DNA of 64,000 nucleotides from a virus (Duplodnaviria; Caudoviricetes): IMG/VR virus record IMGVR_UViG_3300003541_000003, positions 3,297 to 67,296 of that record; one strand, 5' to 3'. Shown piece by piece: positions 25,871 to 34,122 of this stretch (position 1 is its first letter; each line of letters starts with the position of its first letter). The notes under the pieces were generated by a model. It saw only the letters and a program-made list of their open reading frames with translations, ran no database searches and was not told where the DNA came from. The position numbers and the translations under genes were made by a program.

Positions 25871-26116
25871 TTATAGTTTATCGTTTTGATTAATCTGGGA
25901 GGAGAGCATTATAGTTACAAGCTCTCCGCTATCATCCGTTATGTTAAAGAATACTCCGAGCCGTTTTAGCGTTATGGCTAAAAGTTTAGCATGCCTAGAG
26001 CATACTAGAGCTACACGCTCATTAAGCAAGTTAGAGATATACACGCTCTCCATAGAGCTATAACCTCTATTCTCTTGCTCCCTTGCTATGATTTTATCCG
26101 TAATATTTATACTCAT
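25871..26116 (-). CDS. Hypothetical early protein
   Basis: 81 aa with AGGAG RBS; first gene of the island operon. Confidence 0.7.
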   Translation of the reverse strand: MSINITDKIIAREQENRGYSSMESVYISNLLNERVALVCSRHAKLLAITLKRLGVFFNITDDSGELVTIMLSSQINQNDKL

Positions 26117-26461
26117 TTTAAAATCTCCTATTCTTTAGAATTGTGTTTATCCGCTTGCTAGCTCTATCAGTTTTTATAGGGTTAGTATTCTCCTCCTGCT
26201 ATAAGCCTTACAAGGTTAGAGCCTGTAGACTATCTCCGCTTTACTTAGCTAGAGTTATGCTAAGAGCCTTGCTATTCCCTTATAGCAGGAGCATGCTAGA
26301 TTATCGCTCCCTATACCACTTGACTAGAGTTATGCTAGCTAGCTTATATCTATTCTGTTGTTAGGGTTATGGAGGAGCTTGCCTCTAGTTAGCTCCTCCT
26401 AATTAGTGATAGTGAGATTTTATCCCTCTTAAATGAAGTATCCCTCATTATTAAGAATTTC

Positions 26462-26487
26462 TTAACCTTACATAATTGTAAGGTTAA
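26462..26487. repeat. Perfect 11-bp inverted repeat at the island's right edge
   Basis: TTAACCTTACA-TAAT-TGTAAGGTTAA. Confidence 0.8.
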
Positions 26488-26645
26488 ACTATTGACATCC
26501 AGGGAATATCGTGAATTAATTTCTTCTTCCAATAATTACATTTATCATTAATCAAGTGTTATATGTAATATAAATAGTTATTACATTAATATGACATTTA
26601 TCACTTGACTATGACAAATGTAATAAATGGAAGAAATAATTGTTT

Positions 26646-26682
26646 GTTTCACCTGATGAAACCGTGTATCGCCTGGTGAAAC
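26646..26682. repeat. Right 37-bp double-palindrome boundary site
   Basis: GTTTCACCTGATGAAAC-CGT-GTATCGCCTGGTGAAAC. Same 17+3+17 architecture as 22495-22531. Confidence 0.8.
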
Positions 26683-26779
26683 AGACAAAACGGAGCGGAA
26701 TTGTCCGATTTGGCTTTTGGATACAGCACCATGCTGAATTTTCTTGGGTCTCCATTTTGCGAGAATACTAGGTGTATGG

Positions 26780-26808
26780 TGGACAAATGAGAATAGCTCT
26801 GATATACT
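26780..26808 (+). promoter_or_regulatory. Sigma70-type promoter TGGACA-N17-TATACT
   Basis: Near-consensus hexamers upstream of the first plus-strand gene. Confidence 0.6.
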
Positions 26809-26826
26809 TAGTTAAAGGTGAGGATA

Positions 26827-27132
26827 ATGCTCACGATTAACTTACAGGAGGATAAGTTGAGTAGAACCTATGGTAGATATAAAGCTCCCTGGATAGATAC
26901 TCCTAAGGGAAAGATGCGCTCTAATCAGGTAAGACCTTATCGGAAACATTCCAGCGATTTGAGGTTTTGTGGATGTAATATGTGTACATGGGGATTACAT
27001 CATGGAAGTTTTGGAGATACTATGACTAAGGTTGCGAGAAGGAGATTCCGTCATAGGGTAAAACAATTGCTCCGTAGGTATCATGATGATATGGAGATTC
27101 CAGAGAGACAGTCGGTTGGATACACGGATTGA
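26827..27132 (+). CDS. Basic hypothetical protein
   Basis: AGGTGAGG RBS. Arg-rich, with a CGCNMC motif. Confidence 0.65.
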   Translation: MLTINLQEDKLSRTYGRYKAPWIDTPKGKMRSNQVRPYRKHSSDLRFCGCNMCTWGLHHGSFGDTMTKVARRRFRHRVKQLLRRYHDDMEIPERQSVGYTD

Positions 27133-27147
27133 GTTTTGGTTGTATAC

Positions 27148-27176
27148 TTGACAAACCATTGACACCGTGTTATTAT
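27148..27176 (+). promoter_or_regulatory. Sigma70-type promoter TTGACA-N17-TATTAT with a palindrome copy in the spacer
   Basis: TTGACACCGTGTTAT at 27159-27173. Confidence 0.75.
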
Positions 27177-27230
27177 TATCTTGTCGCAGGGAAGTAGCCT
27201 TGTTAGCGAAACCTGTTGGACAGCAGGGAG

Positions 27231-27360
27231 AGTGGAGTGGCGTAACCGGAATGAATAACGGTAGGGGAGTAACCGATGCGGAAGTCGGCAGAACTCGGAG
27301 ATTAGCGTCCTCTATTCCAGACTGCTAGAGGAGATGAGGGTTGAAATCCCTCCTCCACTC
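27231..27360 (+). ncRNA. Enlarged tRNA-like RNA (about 60-nt D-loop insert, 11-nt anticodon-position loop)
   Basis: AGTGGAG/CTCCACT; TGGCGTAA start; TCCTCTA/TAGAGGA stem; T-like arm GAGGG-TTGAAAT-CCCTC. Confidence 0.6.
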
Positions 27361-27395
27361 TCTCAAAGACTTATATATGAAAAGGAGAAAATAGA

Positions 27396-27686
27396 ATGGC
27401 AGAGAAAGCTAAAAAAGGTGGAGCAATTGATAGTAATGAGTTTAAGCTCGGTAAGGATGATGCGGCTATCATCTTTCGGCAGGAAACTCAGGATGTTGAG
27501 CTAATCATCCCAGGTGTAAGTGTGGACGATGGAGCAAAAGCATCCGAATCGTGCATCATGGCATCGTGGTTTGCTTTTGCATGTATTACCGATAATCCAG
27601 CAGTCAGAAGGGCAGTAAGAGTCATCATTGATGAATACGATAAGAGCATCGAAGAATGGATAAAGGAAACGGGGAAACATGGTTAA
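27396..27686 (+). CDS. Hypothetical protein
   Basis: AAGGAG RBS. Confidence 0.75.
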   Translation: MAEKAKKGGAIDSNEFKLGKDDAAIIFRQETQDVELIIPGVSVDDGAKASESCIMASWFAFACITDNPAVRRAVRVIIDEYDKSIEEWIKETGKHG

Positions 27687-27876
27687 GACTGTGTACGTAA
27701 TTCCGCTTGGAACAGATGGTGGCAAAATTGAGTTTACTCATACAGGGAAAGGTGGAGTTAAAGTTGTTATCACAGACCCAATTACGACTGTAACAGCTAT
27801 CTTTCCTTTATCAGAGTTGGTGGAAGTTGCTACCAATTTGGAGATGGATTCTACACCAGAGGAGGAAAAGAAATGA
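27679..27876 (+). CDS. Hypothetical protein
   Basis: Overlapping operon gene. Confidence 0.7.
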   Translation: MVKTVYVIPLGTDGGKIEFTHTGKGGVKVVITDPITTVTAIFPLSELVEVATNLEMDSTPEEEKK

Positions 27877-28118
27877 CCGTACATATTGCAGACTTTGACA
27901 AGAATGAAATGCTTTGCATGTTAGCCACCGTAGATATTGCTATCTACTTTGGAGAGAAACAGGCTCAGGAATTTGGAATGAAGGAACATGAGGCTAAACA
28001 GTTAGAGTCTCTCAAATCAGCAAAGGTGAAACTTGGAGCTATGCTTGACTTATCTTCCGAGGACATGGAAGGTGTAACCAAGGCAATCATTGAGGCAAAT
28101 GATGGACATAAAGAATGA
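27873..28118 (+). CDS. Hypothetical protein
   Basis: ATGA overlap; GAGGA RBS. Confidence 0.7.
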   Translation: MTVHIADFDKNEMLCMLATVDIAIYFGEKQAQEFGMKEHEAKQLESLKSAKVKLGAMLDLSSEDMEGVTKAIIEANDGHKE

Positions 28119-28293
28119 TATTGTAATCTCGGACATGACCATAACAGGCAATCCTCGTACCAAGCAGGTGCTCATTACCTTCGAGGCGCAGGGATTGGGA
28201 AAGCATGCAATCTTGCTGGAAAGTGCAGAAATGCAAGTCCTGTCGGATGAAGGTATAATTGAATTCTGGAAAACCGAAATTCAAAAGGAGTAA
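28099..28293 (+). CDS. Hypothetical protein
   Basis: Operon gene directly before the endolysin. Confidence 0.6.
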   Translation: MMDIKNDIVISDMTITGNPRTKQVLITFEAQGLGKHAILLESAEMQVLSDEGIIEFWKTEIQKE

Positions 28294-28296
28294 CCG

Positions 28297-29163
28297 ATGG
28301 CTGACATGGTAAGAACCCAATTCGTTGATATGTCCTTCTGGCAGGGAAATGTGGATTTCTCAAAGGTAGACCCTGCTATTCATGGTTTCTTCCTCAAAAC
28401 ATCTGAGGCAGATTTCTATGACAAGATGTATAAAACGTATGTGCAGGGATGTAAAGATAATCAAAAAGATGACGGTTCTTACCATTTCTTTCGTGGGTGG
28501 GTAAAGGGATATAAACAAGCGAAATTAGCCATAGCTCGTGTTGGAGACAACAAACAGGAATTACCCTATGTGTTGGACTTCGAGTCAACTGATGGTAAAG
28601 ACCTTGTTACTCTGGCGAATGAGGCGAAATCCTACTGTGATACCATCGTCAATGACACAGGCACTATTCCGATGATTTATACCGCCAAGTGGTTCATGGA
28701 TAAGTTTTTCTGGTACAGGAAGTACATCGAGTGGATGAAAGATTATCCTCTCTGGCTAGCAGAATATCCTTGGGAGAAACAGAAAGACTTTATCACCAAT
28801 TTCTCTCTTTATAATCAGAGAGCGGTATCTGGAGAGTATTTTCCCAAGGCTATCTACCCTTGGTCTCAGGTGGAAATGTGGCAATGGACAGGACATGGTA
28901 GAGTAGTGGGTCTTACCGGAGACGTAGATATGAATGTATCTGCCGCAGAGATTATTCCTGCTCCACCTACCCCTGCACCTGTTTTGTATCAGGTAACAGC
29001 ATGGTTAGGACTTCGTGTACGGACGTATCCAGAGATTACCAGTCCCGTAATTGGTTCGGTGAAATATGGGACTATCGTAGCTATCTCCAAGATTGAAAAT
29101 GGTTGGGGATACTCAGAAATGTACCGAGGATGGCTCTCGATGCAATACCTAGAAAAGAAATGA
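28297..29163 (+). CDS. Endolysin: GH25 muramidase + C-terminal SH3b-like domain
   Basis: VDMSFWQG, GSYHFF, VLDFE, MIYT, LWLAEY, MWQWT, DVDMN; then LRVRTYP..IGSVKYG..ENGWG. Confidence 0.9.
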   Translation: MADMVRTQFVDMSFWQGNVDFSKVDPAIHGFFLKTSEADFYDKMYKTYVQGCKDNQKDDGSYHFFRGWVKGYKQAKLAIARVGDNKQELPYVLDFESTDGKDLVTLANEAKSYCDTIVNDTGTIPMIYTAKWFMDKFFWYRKYIEWMKDYPLWLAEYPWEKQKDFITNFSLYNQRAVSGEYFPKAIYPWSQVEMWQWTGHGRVVGLTGDVDMNVSAAEIIPAPPTPAPVLYQVTAWLGLRVRTYPEITSPVIGSVKYGTIVAISKIENGWGYSEMYRGWLSMQYLEKK

Positions 29164-29173
29164 AAGGAGAATA

Positions 29174-29398
29174 ATGAATTACATTGGTTTGCTAATAACG
29201 ATTGCTTTGATGATTTACCTTGCTCTTGGAATTGGTCGTTCCCTGAGGATTATGAGGGCAGTAAGTCATGACCTCAGACCTCAGGAGAATGTCGAAAAAC
29301 TTGCCCTAGTGTTAGTGGGAATTTTCCACACACTTGCATGGTTTCCCTATTGGATAGTTGCCTACAGGAATTATAAAAAAGACCATGCCAACCTATGA
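29174..29398 (+). CDS. Two-TM membrane protein (lysis accessory or holin candidate)
   Basis: Two hydrophobic segments, directly after the endolysin. Confidence 0.6.
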   Translation: MNYIGLLITIALMIYLALGIGRSLRIMRAVSHDLRPQENVEKLALVLVGIFHTLAWFPYWIVAYRNYKKDHANL

Positions 29399-29576
29399 TA
29401 TGCAATGCAAAGACTGTGGAGAAAGATTTGAGGTTTCTCGTGCTTTCTCTGACATCATAATCGTATACTGCCCCAAGTGTAAAAGCAACAATATCCGCAG
29501 GTTGTGGCATACACTTCCCATCTTATTCAGGGGTAAGGGATTCTACAATACAGACCATCCAAAGGAGAATAAATGA
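29385..29576 (+). CDS. FmdB-family zinc-ribbon protein
   Basis: MPTYDMQCKDCG..F..CPKCKS..RR..FRGKGFYNTD. Confidence 0.85.
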   Translation: MPTYDMQCKDCGERFEVSRAFSDIIIVYCPKCKSNNIRRLWHTLPILFRGKGFYNTDHPKENK

Positions 29577-29842
29577 CTGACACCGTGTCAAAGGTATGTC
29601 CCATTCATGGAATACATTGTTGGCATTTAGAGAGTGTTTTTCATGCAGACTTTGAAACCGTCTATAAACGACTTTGTTGTTGGTGTGGTCAGAAAGATGA
29701 AGAACATATTGCTAATATTATTCATAATGGCTGGTCATATAACCCAAATGAACATTCAGAACACGGAAAGTATGTGCATCAGTCAACTCCAGTTACGATA
29801 GCAGGGATAGAGAGAGGAACAAAAGGTAGATTATATGGTTAG
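29573..29842 (+). CDS. Cys/His-rich hypothetical protein
   Basis: CPIHGIHCWH..CCWCG. Confidence 0.65.
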   Translation: MTDTVSKVCPIHGIHCWHLESVFHADFETVYKRLCCWCGQKDEEHIANIIHNGWSYNPNEHSEHGKYVHQSTPVTIAGIERGTKGRLYG

Positions 29843-30113
29843 ATTTGGAATGCTTTGGTCTGACCCTTATGAATATAAGCCTAAGAAACCAATTGAGAAG
29901 AAGGTTGGAGAGGCAGTCGTAGCTTTCCACAAAAGGTTCTATCATGCTCCAACTCATTGCACTCTTACTCCCAAATGGTTTGATTCGTTGTCTCCAGAGG
30001 AGATTCAAGAAATAAAAAGTAAGCATCATATAGAGGTGGATGGGTCTGCCAATGTTCAAGAAGGGCATCTTGCTATTGGTTATCCAGAAGTACCTGAATG
30101 GTGGAACAGATGA
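29835..30113 (+). CDS. Hypothetical protein
   Basis: 92-aa overlapping ORF. Confidence 0.65.
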   Translation: MVRFGMLWSDPYEYKPKKPIEKKVGEAVVAFHKRFYHAPTHCTLTPKWFDSLSPEEIQEIKSKHHIEVDGSANVQEGHLAIGYPEVPEWWNR

Positions 30114-30340
30114 TGGTAAAATAGTAACAACAGTACCTACCACGCCTATGCGTTGAGCAAGCGAACCGAGGTAGGTCAGACTAAGAAACTGCATGCGTGA
30201 TAGAGGCGTTACCTATGACTAGGATAGGGTGAACCCACCGGAATAAACATGCAGTTGCCCTAGCATAAGTGAGACACAGAATGATTTGTGTCTCACTTTT
30301 TATATTAGGTGATAGACAAAAGTTGTCTATTATGGAATAT

Positions 30341-30366
30341 AAAAGAGGCTGATAACAGCCTCTTTT
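30341..30366. terminator. Bidirectional terminator between convergent units
   Basis: AAAAGAGGCTG-ATAA-CAGCCTCTTTT. Confidence 0.85.
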
Positions 30367-30393
30367 ACTTGTAATTGGCAATTACAACCTATT

Positions 30394-30609
30394 TTAGTTG
30401 TAAATTCTCACGTTCTCGCAGAGGTAGGCAGCAAGAAGGTCTTTACGAGTGCCATTATCACGAGCGATTAGTAAAGATTCTACATAGATTCCAGCTTCTT
30501 TCTTATTCTCTGCATTCTCTGGATGATATACTCGTGAGGGCTTAGTTACAACCTCATCTCCAACCAACACCGTAACCATTACTACAATACACATGCCTTC
30601 CTTACTCAT
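30394..30609 (-). CDS. Small hypothetical protein on its own minus-strand unit
   Basis: AAGGAGG RBS. Promoter TTGCCA-N18-TATAGT at 30772-30801. Confidence 0.7.
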   Translation of the reverse strand: MSKEGMCIVVMVTVLVGDEVVTKPSRVYHPENAENKKEAGIYVESLLIARDNGTRKDLLAAYLCENVRIYN

Positions 30610-31376
30610 ACTTCCTCCTTAAAAAAGAATTAGGGAGGGTGTGGCAACTACAAAACCGCCATCTTATCTAAGTAGACCCTCCCCTGAAACTTTCCCAGCC
30701 TGACAAATCCGGCTGGTAGGGAGCGAGAGCGTCCTCTACAACTCCCAAAAGGCATATTAGCCTCCAGCGTTACTATACCACAGCGTTATGTTTCGTGGCA
30801 AGAATATTACTATTCTGATAACTTATTGCACACAAAACATAATTTACAAAATTCAGGCGAAAGTGTAAAGTAGTAATTTACAAAAATGTGCCTAAAATGT
30901 AAATTAGGTTTACCTATCTTGTACATTTATGTACAGGGTAAGTTAACTTGGTTCAGGGTTCGTAAAAATTAAATAATCCTCCCTTTCCATTCTAAATAAT
31001 CCTGTAAACAAGATTATTTAAAAATTCGGATTAACCTTAAACCTTAAGGCTTAACCTATACTCAAATTTTACTTAAAACTGAATAAAAGTTTTTAAAATG
31101 CCCCCTTGCCTCCAAAGTGTTAAAAAAATAATCTTTGGTACAAGGGGAGGCTTTTATTCATTAGCCCTGGTGGTGGTCAGCACAAATTTGAGATTTGCTC
31201 CTCTGCTGACAGCCCCTAATCCACTACCAGCATGTAGGGGGTGAACTCATCTGTTAGGAATCGAGGATTGTGCAATAGTGGGTCTGGTCTTTGGTTCGGA
31301 GTACCAACACTCCTTATGACACGGTGTTATGTAATCATAATATCCTATCGCTGATATTTCTGATATTGTTAGCCGT

Positions 31377-31447
31377 ATTATAAATGGTCGTCTTAAGTTT
31401 GTCAAGTATGCCATACGACTTGACATTTTATTCAAGATGAGTATAAT
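31377..31447. promoter_or_regulatory. Back-to-back divergent sigma70 promoters
   Basis: Leftward TTGACA-N17-TATAAT (31377-31405) and rightward TTGACA-N16-TATAAT (31420-31447), joined by the inverted repeat TGTCAAGT..ACTTGACA. Confidence 0.85.
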
Positions 31448-31483
31448 TAGGATAGATTAAGTCTTATTTGAAAGGAGATAATC

Positions 31484-31834
31484 ATGACAATAGGAACAGG
31501 AAAACTAAAAGAGGCATTCATCAATCCAGATTTGGCATACGCTCTTTGGCTTACTACAGGTAGCATTACCAGAGCCACCAGACGCTTTGCTGATGAAGGT
31601 ATCCGCAATCCACTTACAGGCAATCCAGCATGCAGGATGGGTGTGTGGTCAGCCGCCGCTCATTCTGAGCATTACAAGACCTACGTTGAAAAGAGAAAGT
31701 CTGGTGAGTTGCTTTCTGATAAGCCCACAGATGAAGAATTTGCTAAAGCAAGAAGCATAATTAATGATATGTTAGCCCCCGAAAAAGCTCGTAATCATCA
31801 AGATTTGATTGCTTACGGGAAGATTCGTGAGTAG
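31484..31834 (+). CDS. Hypothetical protein, possible HTH DNA-binding
   Basis: AAAGGAG RBS; first late gene. AYALWLTTGSITRATRRF segment. Confidence 0.7.
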   Translation: MTIGTGKLKEAFINPDLAYALWLTTGSITRATRRFADEGIRNPLTGNPACRMGVWSAAAHSEHYKTYVEKRKSGELLSDKPTDEEFAKARSIINDMLAPEKARNHQDLIAYGKIRE

Positions 31835-32084
31835 TGAATTCTCTCCAGACGAGGAGAAGATACTGGCATTATTTGGAAACAGGTGTGCTAGGTGTGGACA
31901 CACACCCGTTACACTTCATGAGATAATTCCAAAGTCCCTGAATCCAAATGCACTTGACGAAGGAAACAGAATTCCGCTATGTCATGAATGCCACCTATGG
32001 GCGCATCAAAGAGGATACAGACAGAGCATGGACGAATTACTCAAACTTAGAAAGGACGTTGACACGGTGTCAAATGGGAATTAA
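31827..32084 (+). CDS. HNH endonuclease (packaging-associated type)
   Basis: RCARCG..LHEIIPKS..NRIPLCHECHLWAH; upstream of the terminase genes. Confidence 0.85.
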   Translation: MSSEFSPDEEKILALFGNRCARCGHTPVTLHEIIPKSLNPNALDEGNRIPLCHECHLWAHQRGYRQSMDELLKLRKDVDTVSNGN

Positions 32085-32652
32085 CTCTAAATCTGTCTTA
32101 GCAACAACCGCTTACTCGGACTCATATCGAGAGGCGTGTTTTCTTGCGTGGTATCAAAATGGATGTGTGGGGGGTAAGGAAATGATGGGAGTCCTTCCTT
32201 CGGATGAGCACGGAAGAAAGCCACATATATCTCAGGTGCAAGAATGGGTAACTACTTATGGATGGCATGAACGAGCAGATGTACTCAATGCCAAGGTCTC
32301 TGAACGTGTGGAGATTCAGGCAGTTGAGGAAAAGGTAAAAATGCTCATCAAGCAAGCAGATACAGGTGCTACCTTGCAGGAACAGGGCATGAAGTATCTG
32401 GAGGAGCACGGTTTTGAGAAGTCGAGTGATGCGTTGAGGGCAGTCATTCAGGGAGCAGAGTTGGAACGCTCCAGCAGAGGACTTCCTACTGCGCTGGTAA
32501 AGATTTCACAGATGGATGATACACAGCTATCAGATGTTATTACAAACCTATTGAAGAAAGCCAACCCTGACGAATCTTCTCAGTTCTTGGATGCTGAGTT
32601 TAAGGAGACAGACGATGCCGTTGAAAACACGGAAACCCCTGAACAGTCTTGA
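32074..32652 (+). CDS. Terminase small subunit (probable)
   Basis: Directly before terL. N-terminal HTH-like FLAWYQNG..WVTTYGWHER and helical C-terminus. Confidence 0.65.
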   Translation: MGINSKSVLATTAYSDSYREACFLAWYQNGCVGGKEMMGVLPSDEHGRKPHISQVQEWVTTYGWHERADVLNAKVSERVEIQAVEEKVKMLIKQADTGATLQEQGMKYLEEHGFEKSSDALRAVIQGAELERSSRGLPTALVKISQMDDTQLSDVITNLLKKANPDESSQFLDAEFKETDDAVENTETPEQS

Positions 32653-34111
32653 TTCTCTGAGTGCAGAGGAACGCAGGACTCTCACGCTGGCAATAGCAGA
32701 GGCTAGAGCTAGGGGTGTTCCAATGCCTTTCGATTTGGACAATCGAAAGCAGTTAGATTGGAATTTGGATGATAAGGGCTACTTCCCCAAGAATAGCGGA
32801 AAGTTGTTTGAGGATAGAGAGAAGATTCATCAATTCGTGTATAGTGAAGCCCCTTTCTCGGCTATCTTTGGAGGTCGTGGTTCTGGAAAGACTACCGCAG
32901 GAGCGCAGAAGGCTCTCCGTAAGATTATGCAGGGCAAGTCTGGCTCAGTCCTGAATCCCGACTTTGAAAACTTCAAATACTCAACTTGGGTGGAGTTGCG
33001 TGAGTGGATTCCCTGGAATCTGGTTGTTCCTTCACAGCGTTATCGTGGTCGTCCTGAGTGGGAGGCAAGTCGTCCCTTCTCAATCGTGTTCTTGAACGGA
33101 GCGAAGATGTACTGCAAGGGTTTGAAAAGCCCTGATAGTGCTCGTGGTGGTAACTTAAATTGGTTATGGTATGACGAAGGAGGCAGAGATGAAACTGGTT
33201 TAGGATGGCAAATTGCAATCGCTGGTGTTCGTATTGGGGATGACCCCCAAGCGTGGACTACAACTACTCCAAAGGGCACAGACCATTGGTGTTACAAATT
33301 TTTCGTAGAGCAGGACATTCCCGAAGAAGCCTTGCGCCTATTCAGGGAGCTTTTGAAGGACAAAGATACTCCCCTGCTGGATTACCAGTTTGTGTCTATT
33401 GACGAGAATAAGAATAATCTCAGCCCCACATTTTATGCTCAGATGCTTGCTATGTACGGGTCTGGATACTTGAAGGCTCGTGAGTTGGAAGGCAAGTTTG
33501 CAGATGAGGGCGGTGTGCTCGGAGATAGGTCATGGTTTATTGGAAAGACCATCACCGAGTTACCTACTGAGGTATTCAAGCGTGTTCGTTATTGGGACTT
33601 GGCGGCAAGTGAGAAGAAGATTACTGGAAAGAAAACCAATGACCCTGATAGCACGGTTGGAACGAGAATGTCCATCTCTAAGGATTACCCCTTCCTAATC
33701 GAACATCAGGTAACACGGCAAATTCTCTGGCATGATATCAAGCAGTTGATTGTTCAGACTGCTGTAGAGGATGGCAGAGAAACAATCATTTATGTTGAGC
33801 AAGAACCTGGCTCTGGTGGTAAGAATCAGGTGGCAGAAATAGCCAGCCTTTCTGAATTGGCTGGTTATACCGTGATAGGACATCTTCCGAGAGAGCAGGG
33901 GGATAAGGTAATGAGAGCACAAGCATGGTTCTCTCGTGCCGCAATGGGATTGGTCTACATGGTAGTCGGAGATTGGAACATTGACTTCTTGAATCAACTT
34001 TCCTCGTTTCCTGCTGGCAGACACGATGACCGGATAGATAGTATTTCTGGAGCATTCGCCAATCTGAACAGCAAGAAACAATGGAAAGAGATACCATTCA
34101 TGAAGATATGA
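32615..34111 (+). CDS. terL: Terminase large subunit
   Basis: GGRGSGKT, LWYDE, TTTPKG, nuclease YWDLA, YVEQE, HDDRIDS. AAGGAG RBS precedes 32615. Confidence 0.93.
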   Translation: MPLKTRKPLNSLDSLSAEERRTLTLAIAEARARGVPMPFDLDNRKQLDWNLDDKGYFPKNSGKLFEDREKIHQFVYSEAPFSAIFGGRGSGKTTAGAQKALRKIMQGKSGSVLNPDFENFKYSTWVELREWIPWNLVVPSQRYRGRPEWEASRPFSIVFLNGAKMYCKGLKSPDSARGGNLNWLWYDEGGRDETGLGWQIAIAGVRIGDDPQAWTTTTPKGTDHWCYKFFVEQDIPEEALRLFRELLKDKDTPLLDYQFVSIDENKNNLSPTFYAQMLAMYGSGYLKARELEGKFADEGGVLGDRSWFIGKTITELPTEVFKRVRYWDLAASEKKITGKKTNDPDSTVGTRMSISKDYPFLIEHQVTRQILWHDIKQLIVQTAVEDGRETIIYVEQEPGSGGKNQVAEIASLSELAGYTVIGHLPREQGDKVMRAQAWFSRAAMGLVYMVVGDWNIDFLNQLSSFPAGRHDDRIDSISGAFANLNSKKQWKEIPFMKI

Positions 34112-34122
34112 AAGGAGAAAAA

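Larger units (their letters stand above)
22532..26460. other. Compositionally anomalous island (candidate terminal repeat / first-injected region)
   Basis: Dominated by CTAG, AGCT, TAGC, GAGC and CTCT. About 8 GAC/GTC trinucleotides in 3.9 kb by hand count. Confidence 0.9.

Noticed and set aside
22532-26460. Stop-codon reassignment suggested by abundant TAG in the island
   Set aside because: TAGs are out of frame or on the other strand; all genes are full length in code 11 and TAG is used as a normal stop.
16487-27360. tmRNA or ordinary tRNA calls for the three tRNA-like elements
   Set aside because: Too short for tmRNA with no tag ORF, and none has a 5-bp stem with a 7-nt anticodon loop.
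30160-30260. Group I intron (CAGACTAA resembles the R element)
   Set aside because: No matching S element or P7 partner and no interrupted gene. The 30181-30381 ORF is also rejected because it overlaps terminator hairpins and has no RBS.
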